From: Planctomycetota bacterium
GTDB taxonomy: Bacteria > Planctomycetota > Phycisphaerae > Phycisphaerales > SM1A02
Assembly (NCBI GenBank): GCA_046074745.1
Contig: JBJTOV010000110.1
Span: forward strand, 1 to 32,015
Direction: 5' to 3'
DNA length: 32,015 nt
In this document: positions 25,405 through 32,015 of the stretch, piece after piece
Layout of the letters: every line of letters begins with the position of its first letter
Numbering within the stretch: position 1 is the first letter of the stretch
Made by a program: the position numbers and the translations under genes
Notes under the pieces: model-generated
Told to the model about the DNA's origin: nothing
Seen by the model: only the letters and a program-made list of their open reading frames with translations
The model's database searches: none

Positions 25405-26161
25405 AGACGGCGCACAACCCGCGGCAGGCCGAACCGACACCGCCGCCCGCGAGCGCGAGCTGGCCGAGTGGCTGCGCTTCGAGCCCGAGCCGCCGGCGAT
25501 TCCGATCGACGACGAGGCGCGCGCCATGCTCGGACGCATGTCGATCGAGATCACGCCCGACGAGGAGGCCAAGCTCGCGCGCTACCTCGGCATGCTGTTC
25601 GCGGCCAACGAGCGCTTCAACCTGACCCGCATCGACCGCGAGAGCGCGTGGTCGCGCCATGTGGTCGACAGCCTGACGCTGCTCGGTCCGCTCGCCTCGG
25701 CCGAAGGCGCGGAGACGGCGATCGACATCGGCTCGGGCGGCGGCCTGCCTGCGATTCCGCTTGCGATCGCGCGGCCCGACATCGGGTTCACCCTGCTCGA
25801 GTCGACGGGCAAGAAGGCGCGGTTCCTCGAGGCGGTCGCGCGCCGTCTTGGCCTTGCGAATGTGGCGGTGGTGAACGACCGCGCGGAGCGCGCGGCCCGC
25901 ACGGGGCTGCGCGAGGCGTTCGATGTGGCGACCTCGCGGGCGGTCGGTGCGCTCGACGACCTCGCGCTCTGGTCGGTGCCATTCCTGAAGGTCGGCGGGG
26001 TGATGCTCGCGATCAAGGGCGGCCGCGCCGCCGAGGAGGTCGGGGTGGCCAAGCAGCGTCTCTACGAGCTGCACGCGGCGGCGGTCGGCGAGATCCGCAC
26101 CGAGACGAACACGATCGTGATCATCGAGAAGCAGCGGAAGACGCCCGCGAAGTTTCCGTGA
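25397..26161 (+). CDS. rsmG: 16S rRNA (guanine527-N7)-methyltransferase RsmG (GidB) with a ~50-aa N-terminal extension
   Basis: FNLTRI......RHVVDSL, SAM motif IDIGSGGGLPAIPLAI, TLLESTGKKARFLE, DRAE, SRAV. ATG 25397 overlaps the SEDS gene end by 8 nt. Confidence 0.9.
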   Translation: MAEDGAQPAAGRTDTAARERELAEWLRFEPEPPAIPIDDEARAMLGRMSIEITPDEEAKLARYLGMLFAANERFNLTRIDRESAWSRHVVDSLTLLGPLASAEGAETAIDIGSGGGLPAIPLAIARPDIGFTLLESTGKKARFLEAVARRLGLANVAVVNDRAERAARTGLREAFDVATSRAVGALDDLALWSVPFLKVGGVMLAIKGGRAAEEVGVAKQRLYELHAAAVGEIRTETNTIVIIEKQRKTPAKFP

Positions 26162-26220
26162 AGTTCAGCGTCGGGCGCGGCGTCGGGGCGTGATGTTTCC
26201 GCGGTTCGCGGGCGATGCCG

Positions 26221-28065
26221 TCAGTTCCATGCGGCCAGCACGGCCGACAGGTCCGACGCGCCCACCGCGCCGTCGAGGTCGACATCCGCGGACGCGTTGT
26301 CCGAGCCCCATGCGCCGAGGAGCAGGGCGAGATCCTGCGGTCCCACCCGCCCGTCGCGGTTGATGTCGGCGCGTCGAGCGAGGAGAAGCGCATCGAACAG
26401 CGCGAGGTCGCTCTCGGTGATGCGCATGTCGCCGTCGATGTCGTGCGGCGCGTTCGCGACGGTCACGGGGCTTCCGATCGATTTGGCGAGCGCGCTGCGA
26501 TCGAGGAGATCGAGGTCGCCATTGCGGTCGCGGTCGCCCAGGAGCGACGGATGCACCGCCGCATGCGCGCCGGCAGGCAGGGCGGGAAGCGTGCGCACCG
26601 CGCCGTCGGCGAACGACACGCGCAGCATCGCGACCTCGGCGGCCGTGCCAAGGCCGAAGTGCAGTTCGAGCGTGTTCTGACCGAGGTAGCCGACGCCGCC
26701 CGCGTGGACCTCACGAACCAGCACACGACCGTCGGGAAGCGTCGCCTCCGCGCGGGCGCCGATCGCGCTGGCGTTCGGCGCGCGCCCCTCGAGGCGCAGG
26801 CGCGCGCTCGGAGCCGCGTTCCCCGCAGCGTTCATGTAGAGCTGCAGATTGGCCCCGAGGTCGCTGACCAGCAGGTCCTGGTCGCCGTCGCGGTCGAAGT
26901 CGGCGTGCACGGTGCAGTAGCTCCACAACGACCCCGACCCTGCAGCGCCGCCCGCGTTCGGCACGAGCAGCGCAGGCGGGACGCCAGGATTGCGCCAGAG
27001 CCTGTTCGCGCTTCCCTGATGGTTGACATAGAGGTCGAGCCGCCCGTCGTCGTCGAAGTCGACGAAGAGCGCGCCCCAGCCTGTCGCGCGGTCCTCGACG
27101 CCCCACAGGGCTTCGCCGCGGACGAAGGTTCCGTCGCCGTTCCCGAGCATCAGGGGGTTGACGCCGAAGACGGGGGCCTCGCGGGTCGCGATGTTGGTGA
27201 CCAGCAGATCGACGCGGGTGTCGCCGTCGAAGTCGCCGGCGGCGCAGCCCATCGAGTAGCACGCCACATCGGCGCCCGAACCAGCGCCCGACTCGACCAT
27301 CGTGCCATCGTCGTTCCTGAACAGCCAGTTCTCCTCGAAGAGCGGCGCAAGGTGGCCGCGGTCGTTCGAGACATAGAGGTCCGCGTCGCCGTCGGCGTCG
27401 AGATCGGAGAACACGCCGAGGAACGACCGCGCGGGCCGCGCGAGCCCCATCGATGGCGCGAGATCGACCGCGGTGCCGCCGTCGTTGCGCCACAGGCGGC
27501 AGCGCGCATCGGCGTAGGGGCCGCTCGGAAGCGCATAGGTCGCGGCGAAGATGTCGAGGTCGCCGTCGCGGTCGATGTCGGCAAGCGACACCGCCTTGGT
27601 TGCGGCCATCGAGCCGAGCGATCCATCGAGCGCATGCGGCAGGAAGGTGAACGCCGCTGCCGGCTTGAACACCCGCAGCGGCAGGCCGATCTGCGTGAGA
27701 AGGAGCTCAGGTCGGCGGTCGCCATCGAGATCCGCGCAGGCGATGGCAGAGGCCTGCGCGATCGGAGGAAGGCCCGAGGTGGCGGAGCGGTTGGCGAAGG
27801 TCCCGTTGCCGAGGTTCTCGAACACCCCGACCTGGCCATTCGACCGGCCAAGCGCCACGATGTCGTCGTCGCCGTCGGCATCGAGATCGACCGCCGCCAC
27901 GCCGAATCCGTACAGTCCCGAAGTCTGCGGGACGGGCTGCACCGGGTAGGCCACGCCGCGCGCGGCCGACTCCTGCGTGAACTGGCTCTGGGCAAGCGCA
28001 TCCGCGCCCGCAAGAAGCATCGCGGATATCGCGGCTGCACGGGATGGGAATCGAGGCCGCTCCAC
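26221..28065 (-). CDS. secreted FG-GAP/VCBS-repeat beta-propeller protein with an ASPIC/UnbV-like domain (CRTAC1-like) and a C-terminal dockerin-like tail
   Basis: GTG start gives the signal peptide MERPRFPSRAAAISAMLLAGADALA/Q. There are seven Ca-type FG-GAP loops: DLDADGDDDIV, DLDGDRRPELL, DIDRDGDLDIF, DLDADGDADLY, DFDGDTRVDLL, DFDDDGRLDLY, DFDRDGDQDLL. An ASPIC/UnbV-like block follows (GARAEATLPDGRVLVREVHAGGVGYLGQNTLELHFGLG), then four EF-hand-like loops. Confidence 0.88.
   Translation of the reverse strand: MERPRFPSRAAAISAMLLAGADALAQSQFTQESAARGVAYPVQPVPQTSGLYGFGVAAVDLDADGDDDIVALGRSNGQVGVFENLGNGTFANRSATSGLPPIAQASAIACADLDGDRRPELLLTQIGLPLRVFKPAAAFTFLPHALDGSLGSMAATKAVSLADIDRDGDLDIFAATYALPSGPYADARCRLWRNDGGTAVDLAPSMGLARPARSFLGVFSDLDADGDADLYVSNDRGHLAPLFEENWLFRNDDGTMVESGAGSGADVACYSMGCAAGDFDGDTRVDLLVTNIATREAPVFGVNPLMLGNGDGTFVRGEALWGVEDRATGWGALFVDFDDDGRLDLYVNHQGSANRLWRNPGVPPALLVPNAGGAAGSGSLWSYCTVHADFDRDGDQDLLVSDLGANLQLYMNAAGNAAPSARLRLEGRAPNASAIGARAEATLPDGRVLVREVHAGGVGYLGQNTLELHFGLGTAAEVAMLRVSFADGAVRTLPALPAGAHAAVHPSLLGDRDRNGDLDLLDRSALAKSIGSPVTVANAPHDIDGDMRITESDLALFDALLLARRADINRDGRVGPQDLALLLGAWGSDNASADVDLDGAVGASDLSAVLAAWN
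26224..26538 (-). other. dockerin-like region of the FG-GAP protein (four EF-hand-type loops)
   Basis: DRDRNGDLDLLD, DIDGDMRITESDL, DINRDGRVGPQDLALLLGAWG, DVDLDGAVGASDLSAVLAAWN. The last two loops match the repeat pair at the C-terminus of the LTD protein. Confidence 0.7.
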
Positions 28066-28269
28066 GGCCCAAGCCTAACGCGGGACATGGGCGCCGCAAC
28101 ACCGCGACGGTTGTTCGGGGGCAAACGGTGCGCGGGGCGCGCTGATCGGCGTGAAGAATCGCGCTGTGCCCAGACGCGGTGGCCAGGCGGTGCGAAACGA
28201 TGGCTACGAGATCGCCACGCGATGGCCACCCGCGACACGAGGGCCACACGGCGTCCGCGCTCGGCGTTC

Positions 28270-28635
28270 CTAGCGTCCCTGGGCTCTTGCGGCGTGGGTG
28301 AGCTTGTAGGTTCCGCCGCGAAGCCCGAGGACTTCGGGAAGGTTCGTGAGCACAAGAAGACCGCCGTCGCGCGCGACGAGGTGCAGGAACGCGTCGCCCG
28401 AGCCCGAAAGGCGTACTTCCCCGGCATCCAAGCCGTCGACCGACAGTGGGATCTCGGCCCGCGCGGGCTCGACCCCTCTCGCGCGGATTTCGCAGCGCGC
28501 GATCACGCGAGACTCGGAGTCGCCGTCCGACACCGTCTCGACGGACAGCGTGCCGCCCTTGCCAAGCGTCCATTCCAGCGCGCACAGCGCCGGCGCGCCC
28601 AAATGCATCGGAGACATGCGGGGAGCGGCACTCAT
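28270..28635 (-). CDS. hypothetical 121-aa protein, translationally coupled to the upstream regulator gene
   Basis: ATG 28635 overlaps the regulator TGA (ATGA on the minus strand at 28635-28632). Third codon positions are roughly 80 percent G/C by my count, consistent with coding. Translation: MSAAPRMSPMHLGAPALCALEWTLGKGGTLSVETVSDGDSESRVIARCEIRA.... I recognise no family. Confidence 0.55.
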   Translation of the reverse strand: MSAAPRMSPMHLGAPALCALEWTLGKGGTLSVETVSDGDSESRVIARCEIRARGVEPARAEIPLSVDGLDAGEVRLSGSGDAFLHLVARDGGLLVLTNLPEVLGLRGGTYKLTHAARAQGR

Positions 28636-29228
28636 CGCGGCGCCCCCAGCAGGCGCGCCAGCAACTTGCTTGCGCGCTCGATGCCCTTGCCCGACTTCGA
28701 GATGGTGTTGGCCAGTCCGTCGAAGAACACGCAGAGCGCCAGCAGATCGTCGATCTTCTGGTCGTGCTGGCGTTCGCGCTCGCCACGGCGCGCGCCCTTC
28801 GGGGCCTTCTGCGCCACGCGGCATCCGCCGAGTTCCTCGATCAGCGGGTCGAACTCGCGGCGCTTGCGCGCACGAAGGATCGTGTAGAACAGTTTCCACA
28901 CATCCTGCTCGGCCTGATGGAACTCGCGGCGGTCGCCCGCGGCTTTGGCGCGCACGCGCTGCACCAGGCCCCACTCGACCAGCTGCTTGAGCGTGGTCGA
29001 CACGCTTCCGCGCGAGATCGACAGGCGATCCATGATGTCTTCGGCCGCCAACGGTTCGCCGGCGATGAAGAGCAGCGCGTGAACCTCGGCCATGCTGCGC
29101 TGCACGCCCCAGCGGGTGCCCATTTCGCCCCAGAAGGCGATGAATCGGTCCTGCGCCGAGCGGACTTCGTCGACCGACGGAATCGGGTCGTCGGACTTCG
29201 TTGCGGGAGAGCGCGAGGGCGCAGCCAT
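28632..29228 (-). CDS. GbsR/MarR-type winged-helix transcriptional regulator
   Basis: 199 aa from ATG 29228. The layout DRFIAFWGEMGTRWGVQRSMAEVHALLFIAGEPLAAEDIMDRLSISRGSVSTTLKQLVEWGLVQRV...GDRREFHQAEQDVWKLF matches the GbsR-like subfamily as I recall B. subtilis GbsR. The track ORF extends 94 codons upstream through the terminator and is not credible there. Confidence 0.8.
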   Translation of the reverse strand: MAAPSRSPATKSDDPIPSVDEVRSAQDRFIAFWGEMGTRWGVQRSMAEVHALLFIAGEPLAAEDIMDRLSISRGSVSTTLKQLVEWGLVQRVRAKAAGDRREFHQAEQDVWKLFYTILRARKRREFDPLIEELGGCRVAQKAPKGARRGERERQHDQKIDDLLALCVFFDGLANTISKSGKGIERASKLLARLLGAPR

Positions 29229-29265
29229 ACGAGGAATCTGGGCGCAGCACTCGGCGCGCGCAATC

Positions 29266-29291
29266 GAAGTTTCAGAAAGTTCTGAAACTTC
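29266..29291. promoter_or_regulatory. perfect 26-bp AT-rich palindrome, candidate operator for the GbsR-like regulator
   Basis: GAAGTTTCAGAA-AG-TTCTGAAACTTC has 12-bp perfect arms and a 2-nt spacer. It lies 38-63 nt upstream of the regulator ATG and immediately after the upstream terminator. Confidence 0.55.
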
Positions 29292-29300
29292 CTGCGTTCG

Positions 29301-29334
29301 AAAAACAGCACGGCCCCCGAAGCGGGGGCCGTGC
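29301..29334 (-). terminator. rho-independent terminator after the S8 peptidase gene (minus strand)
   Basis: 11-bp stem GCACGGCCCCC / GGGGGCCGTGC (29308-29318 and 29324-29334). On the minus strand it is followed by TGTTTTTCG (plus-strand AAAAA at 29301-29305). It lies 34 nt after the stop codon at 29368. Confidence 0.7.
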
Positions 29335-29367
29335 CGAAGAATCCAAGAGTCGAGGAGAGGCGCTCGA

Positions 29368-32015
29368 TCAGAGCGGCTCGAGCGGATCGTTGATCCGGAT
29401 CTCGACAAGGTCGTGCCAGATCTCGTGGGCCGAGGTCGAGCCCAGACCACAGGTCCACAGGCGCATCTCCACGCGGCCCGTGGCCGGATCGAGATACTGC
29501 GCAAACCCACCGTAGGCGGGCAGGTCGAAGTTGTACTCGTCGCTGATCGTGGTGAGGAAGTCCGCGCCGAAGTACTCGTAGCGGTTCGTCTGGAAGTTCC
29601 GCACGAACACGCCCGCGAGGACGAAGTTGCGAGTGGAACGCGACACGAAGGTCAGGCCCAGATCCGAAATCTGCGTCACGGGGTTCTGGACATCCTCGAT
29701 CTTGAGGCGGGCCAGAAGATCGGTCGTGCCGCCGGTGGCCAGATAGGTCAGGCCATCGGCCTGCTCGCCCGAACGCCGACGCACCGACTCGATGCGAAGG
29801 AACTGTCCGTCCTCGGCGCGGATCGTGTACGAGACCCACGGAGCCCCCGCGGGCTGAAGGCCCGTCACCACGCGGATGTCGGTGGGATTGCCATCCCAGC
29901 CCGTTCCCGTGAAGAGGCCAACGCCGCAGTCATACATCTGGGGGAAGCCGCTGATGGCGCGGAACTCGCCGTCGCAATCAGGGTCTCCCACCAGGCAGCA
30001 GTCGGACTGGTTCGGCGGAGACACCGCAAACGGGCACTGCGGGCGGCTGTTGCTGCCCATGATGTCGCGGATGTTGATCGGGGTCAGCGGGGTTCCGTAG
30101 ATCTGCTTGGCGGCGCTCTGCAGGCAGCTCACGGCACCGGTGATGATCGGCGCGGCCGAGCTGGTTCCGTTGAACCGTGCCGAGTAGGTGCGCAGCTGGT
30201 TCTCCTGCTGCGGGTCGCCGCCCGGAGGCGTCGGGTTGTTTCCGCGGAAGAGATCGCCGTAGCCGACGGTGACCACCGAATTTCCCCATGCAGAGATGTG
30301 CACGGCGGCCAGGTCGCGTCCGTTCGGATCGGGGGTCTGCTCGCCTGAGAAGTTCGAGAACGGCAGGCGGTAGTAGAAGCCTTGGCAGGCCTCGAAGCCT
30401 GGGCAGCCCGGAGCGCCCTGAGCGATGCGGCCGGGCGTGCAGGCGCCCACGATGATGACGCCCGAATCGAACTCGACGGCCTGCGGGTTGATCGCAACAT
30501 TCGAGTTGCCCGCCGACACGACCGAGGTGATGCCCAGATCGGTGCCGAGCGAGATCAGCAGGCCGTACGGCGCAACTGCGGGAAGGCAGTTGCCTCCGCC
30601 GAAGCCCCACGAGTGGTTGACCACATCGCCCGCCTCGAAGGTCTGGAAGCAGCTTGTGATGGCGCTCTGCGGGCGGCTGCCTTCCTCAAACGACACGATC
30701 GGGAAGAAGTAGCCCTGTGCGTTGCGGGCGATGCCCGTCACGCCGAAGCCATTGTCGGCCGCGACAACCTCGCCGAGAGTCGCGGTGCCGTGCTGCGGAG
30801 CGTTGTTCGAGCCTTCGTACAGGATCAGCGACTGGCCAGGCTCCGAGATCACGCGCGGAACGGGGAGCAGGTCGCCGTTCGCGTCGAGCGTGAAGTCCTC
30901 GTGATTGACGAACGCCGAGAACTCGATGATCGCAACGCGCAGCGTTTCGCCGTAAGTCAGCGTCGGGCCGTTGTTCTGGAAGGTGGAGGCGATCTCCGCC
31001 TGCAGCTCCACGAGTTCGGTGAGCGCAAGGCCCTCGCCCGTGTAGAGCGGGGAGCCCGGGAACCGAATCGGATCGGTGGGATCGGCAGGGATGTACTCGG
31101 GGTCGGTACGGGCGCGCTGGGTGTACAGCGCACCACCGACTGTGCCGTTCGTGCCCGGGAAATCGAGCACGGGATCGAACGACGGAGTCGGGTCGTCGCC
31201 GCCGGTCGGAATGCATGCGTCGCCGAGCACGGGGCTCGAGGCGAGGTTCACGCAGACCTGATCCCACTCGATGTTGCAGCACGAGGGATCGATGTTGCAG
31301 ACCGCGAAGCAGCAGGTGGGCTGCGAGCAGCCGCGACCCGGATGAGCCTCGAAGCAGCCGCCGAGCTGGATGCCCGGGACGACCACTTCGAACTCAGGGA
31401 CGCCCGCGGTCGGGCCATCGGCGCTGAAGCAGGGGTCGTAGCGCTGCGGCGGCGGCAGGGTCGGGTTGATGTTGTCGTAGATCGTGCCGTTGCAGAGGAT
31501 GTTCGCGTAGCCGGCGCAGACCACATCCCAGCCGTTCGGCGAATCCTCGTTGTTGCAATACGGGATCTGCGCGGTCACGGTCTCGCAGCACGACTGGTCC
31601 TGGCAGCCGTACTCGGCGGCATCGAACTGGTTTCCCGGGTCGGGATTGCAGCCGAAGCCCTCGTCGCAGCTCGGGCCAGGGATGTTGCAGGGGCCGGGCG
31701 CGTCGGGGCCGCACTGGTGCAGGATCGGCACCAGTTCGATCCACGCGAATTCGATCTCGGGCAGCTCGTTGATGGTCCACGCGATGTCCGACAGACGCGC
31801 CGGATCGACGCCTTCGATGACCATCATGCCTGCGAGGTCGGGCTGCGCGCGGCCCGAGTGGGCCACGGCGCGCTGCTCGAGCTTCGCGAGTTCCGCGGGG
31901 GTCTTGTGGATCCACTGACGCACGGTCAGCTTGTTGTCGGCCAGGATCTGCGAGAAGCCGGTCAGGTCCACGCCGCCGAGGCTCGCAGGGGCGGGCGAGT
32001 CGGCGAGCGGCGCGC
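29368..32015 (-). CDS. subtilisin-like (S8) serine peptidase with two N-terminal Cys-rich modules and a C-terminal beta-rich domain; 5' partial, running off the right edge
   Basis: Subtilase motifs: HGTATLGEV (His), VVSAGNSN (oxyanion Asn), FNGTSSAAPIITGA (Ser). The Asp-box position reads RVAIIEFSAFVNHEDF. The frame stays open upstream of the track's GTG 31971 to the window end (...APLADSPAPASLGG-VDLTGF), so the true start and any signal peptide are probably outside the window. Confidence 0.85.
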   Translation of the reverse strand, partial: APLADSPAPASLGGVDLTGFSQILADNKLTVRQWIHKTPAELAKLEQRAVAHSGRAQPDLAGMMVIEGVDPARLSDIAWTINELPEIEFAWIELVPILHQCGPDAPGPCNIPGPSCDEGFGCNPDPGNQFDAAEYGCQDQSCCETVTAQIPYCNNEDSPNGWDVVCAGYANILCNGTIYDNINPTLPPPQRYDPCFSADGPTAGVPEFEVVVPGIQLGGCFEAHPGRGCSQPTCCFAVCNIDPSCCNIEWDQVCVNLASSPVLGDACIPTGGDDPTPSFDPVLDFPGTNGTVGGALYTQRARTDPEYIPADPTDPIRFPGSPLYTGEGLALTELVELQAEIASTFQNNGPTLTYGETLRVAIIEFSAFVNHEDFTLDANGDLLPVPRVISEPGQSLILYEGSNNAPQHGTATLGEVVAADNGFGVTGIARNAQGYFFPIVSFEEGSRPQSAITSCFQTFEAGDVVNHSWGFGGGNCLPAVAPYGLLISLGTDLGITSVVSAGNSNVAINPQAVEFDSGVIIVGACTPGRIAQGAPGCPGFEACQGFYYRLPFSNFSGEQTPDPNGRDLAAVHISAWGNSVVTVGYGDLFRGNNPTPPGGDPQQENQLRTYSARFNGTSSAAPIITGAVSCLQSAAKQIYGTPLTPINIRDIMGSNSRPQCPFAVSPPNQSDCCLVGDPDCDGEFRAISGFPQMYDCGVGLFTGTGWDGNPTDIRVVTGLQPAGAPWVSYTIRAEDGQFLRIESVRRRSGEQADGLTYLATGGTTDLLARLKIEDVQNPVTQISDLGLTFVSRSTRNFVLAGVFVRNFQTNRYEYFGADFLTTISDEYNFDLPAYGGFAQYLDPATGRVEMRLWTCGLGSTSAHEIWHDLVEIRINDPLEPL
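31213..31356 (-). other. Cys-rich module in the S8 peptidase (same family as the two LTD-protein modules)
   Basis: CFEAHPGRGCSQPTCCFAVCNIDPSCCNIEWDQVCVNLASSPVLGDAC. I verified the boundary Cys codons on the DNA. Confidence 0.75.
31492..31713 (-). other. divergent Cys-rich region in the S8 peptidase (partial variant of the same module)
   Basis: CGPDAPGPCNIPGPSCDEGFGCNPDPGNQFDAAEYGCQDQSCCETVTAQIPYCNNEDSPNGWDVVCAGYANILC. It keeps G-C-x4-CC ... WD-x2-C-x7-C but lacks the second CC pair. Confidence 0.55.

Noticed and set aside
1763-28887. Very long ORFs antisense to, or out of frame with, the annotated genes. Minus strand: 1763-3463, 6913-8121, 15833-18184, 17346-18974, 19384-21936, 21782-24106, 24175-25572. 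Plus strand: 2242-4560, 8365-10857, 11758-14427, 14244-16310, 26215-28887.
   Set aside because: These are classic shadow ORFs of a very GC-rich genome. Their translations are Arg/Ala/Gly/His/Asp-rich with no recognisable motifs. Each fully overlaps a gene with strong family motifs and the expected G/C third-position bias.
28270-29250. 326-aa minus-strand ORF spanning the small ORF and the whole regulator gene.
   Set aside because: Only the last 121 codons (28270-28635) lie outside the well-supported GbsR-like frame. The upstream part overlaps that gene out of frame and reads as Arg/Gly/Pro-rich noise.
1-32015. Search for mobile elements, CRISPR arrays, toxin-antitoxin pairs, restriction or other defence modules, and rRNA/tRNA genes.
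   Set aside because: I found none. There are no transposase, integrase or recombinase-like ORFs, no regularly spaced repeats, no terminal inverted repeats and no compositional island. Apart from a few short intergenic regions, the window looks uniformly like native chromosome.

Overview
Very high-GC bacterial chromosomal window; third codon positions are almost all G/C and every real gene casts a long antisense shadow ORF. I support 23 protein-coding genes in four strand blocks and see no rRNA, tRNA, CRISPR array, transposase, integrase or recognisable defence gene. Most of the window is core housekeeping. It includes tgt-yajC-secDF in the conserved order, a LysM protein, an NAD-type isocitrate dehydrogenase and an HDAC-family deacetylase. 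It also holds an AI-2E transporter and a compact cell-wall cluster, murE-murF-mraY-PBP2-SEDS-rsmG. The fused SecDF, a small PVC-type conserved protein and the dockerin-like tails suggest a Planctomycetota/PVC-like organism; this is inference from memory, not a search. The unusual content is a scattered set of secreted or surface proteins. One is a terminator-bounded protein of four lamin-tail-domain (LTD) modules. It shares an 11-Cys module, which I cannot name, with an S8 peptidase about 17 kb away. It also shares a dockerin-like EF-hand tail with an FG-GAP/ASPIC protein. The S8 peptidase has Glu at the catalytic Asp position. A transglutaminase-like protein lacks both the Cys and the His of its triad and is paired with an orphan MlaE permease. 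A GbsR/MarR-type regulator sits behind a perfect 26-bp AT-rich palindrome and is translationally coupled to an unassignable 121-aa ORF. I see no self-contained novel multi-gene system, so these shared modules and degenerate active sites are the best leads. All family calls come from motifs read by eye and need HMM or structure confirmation.
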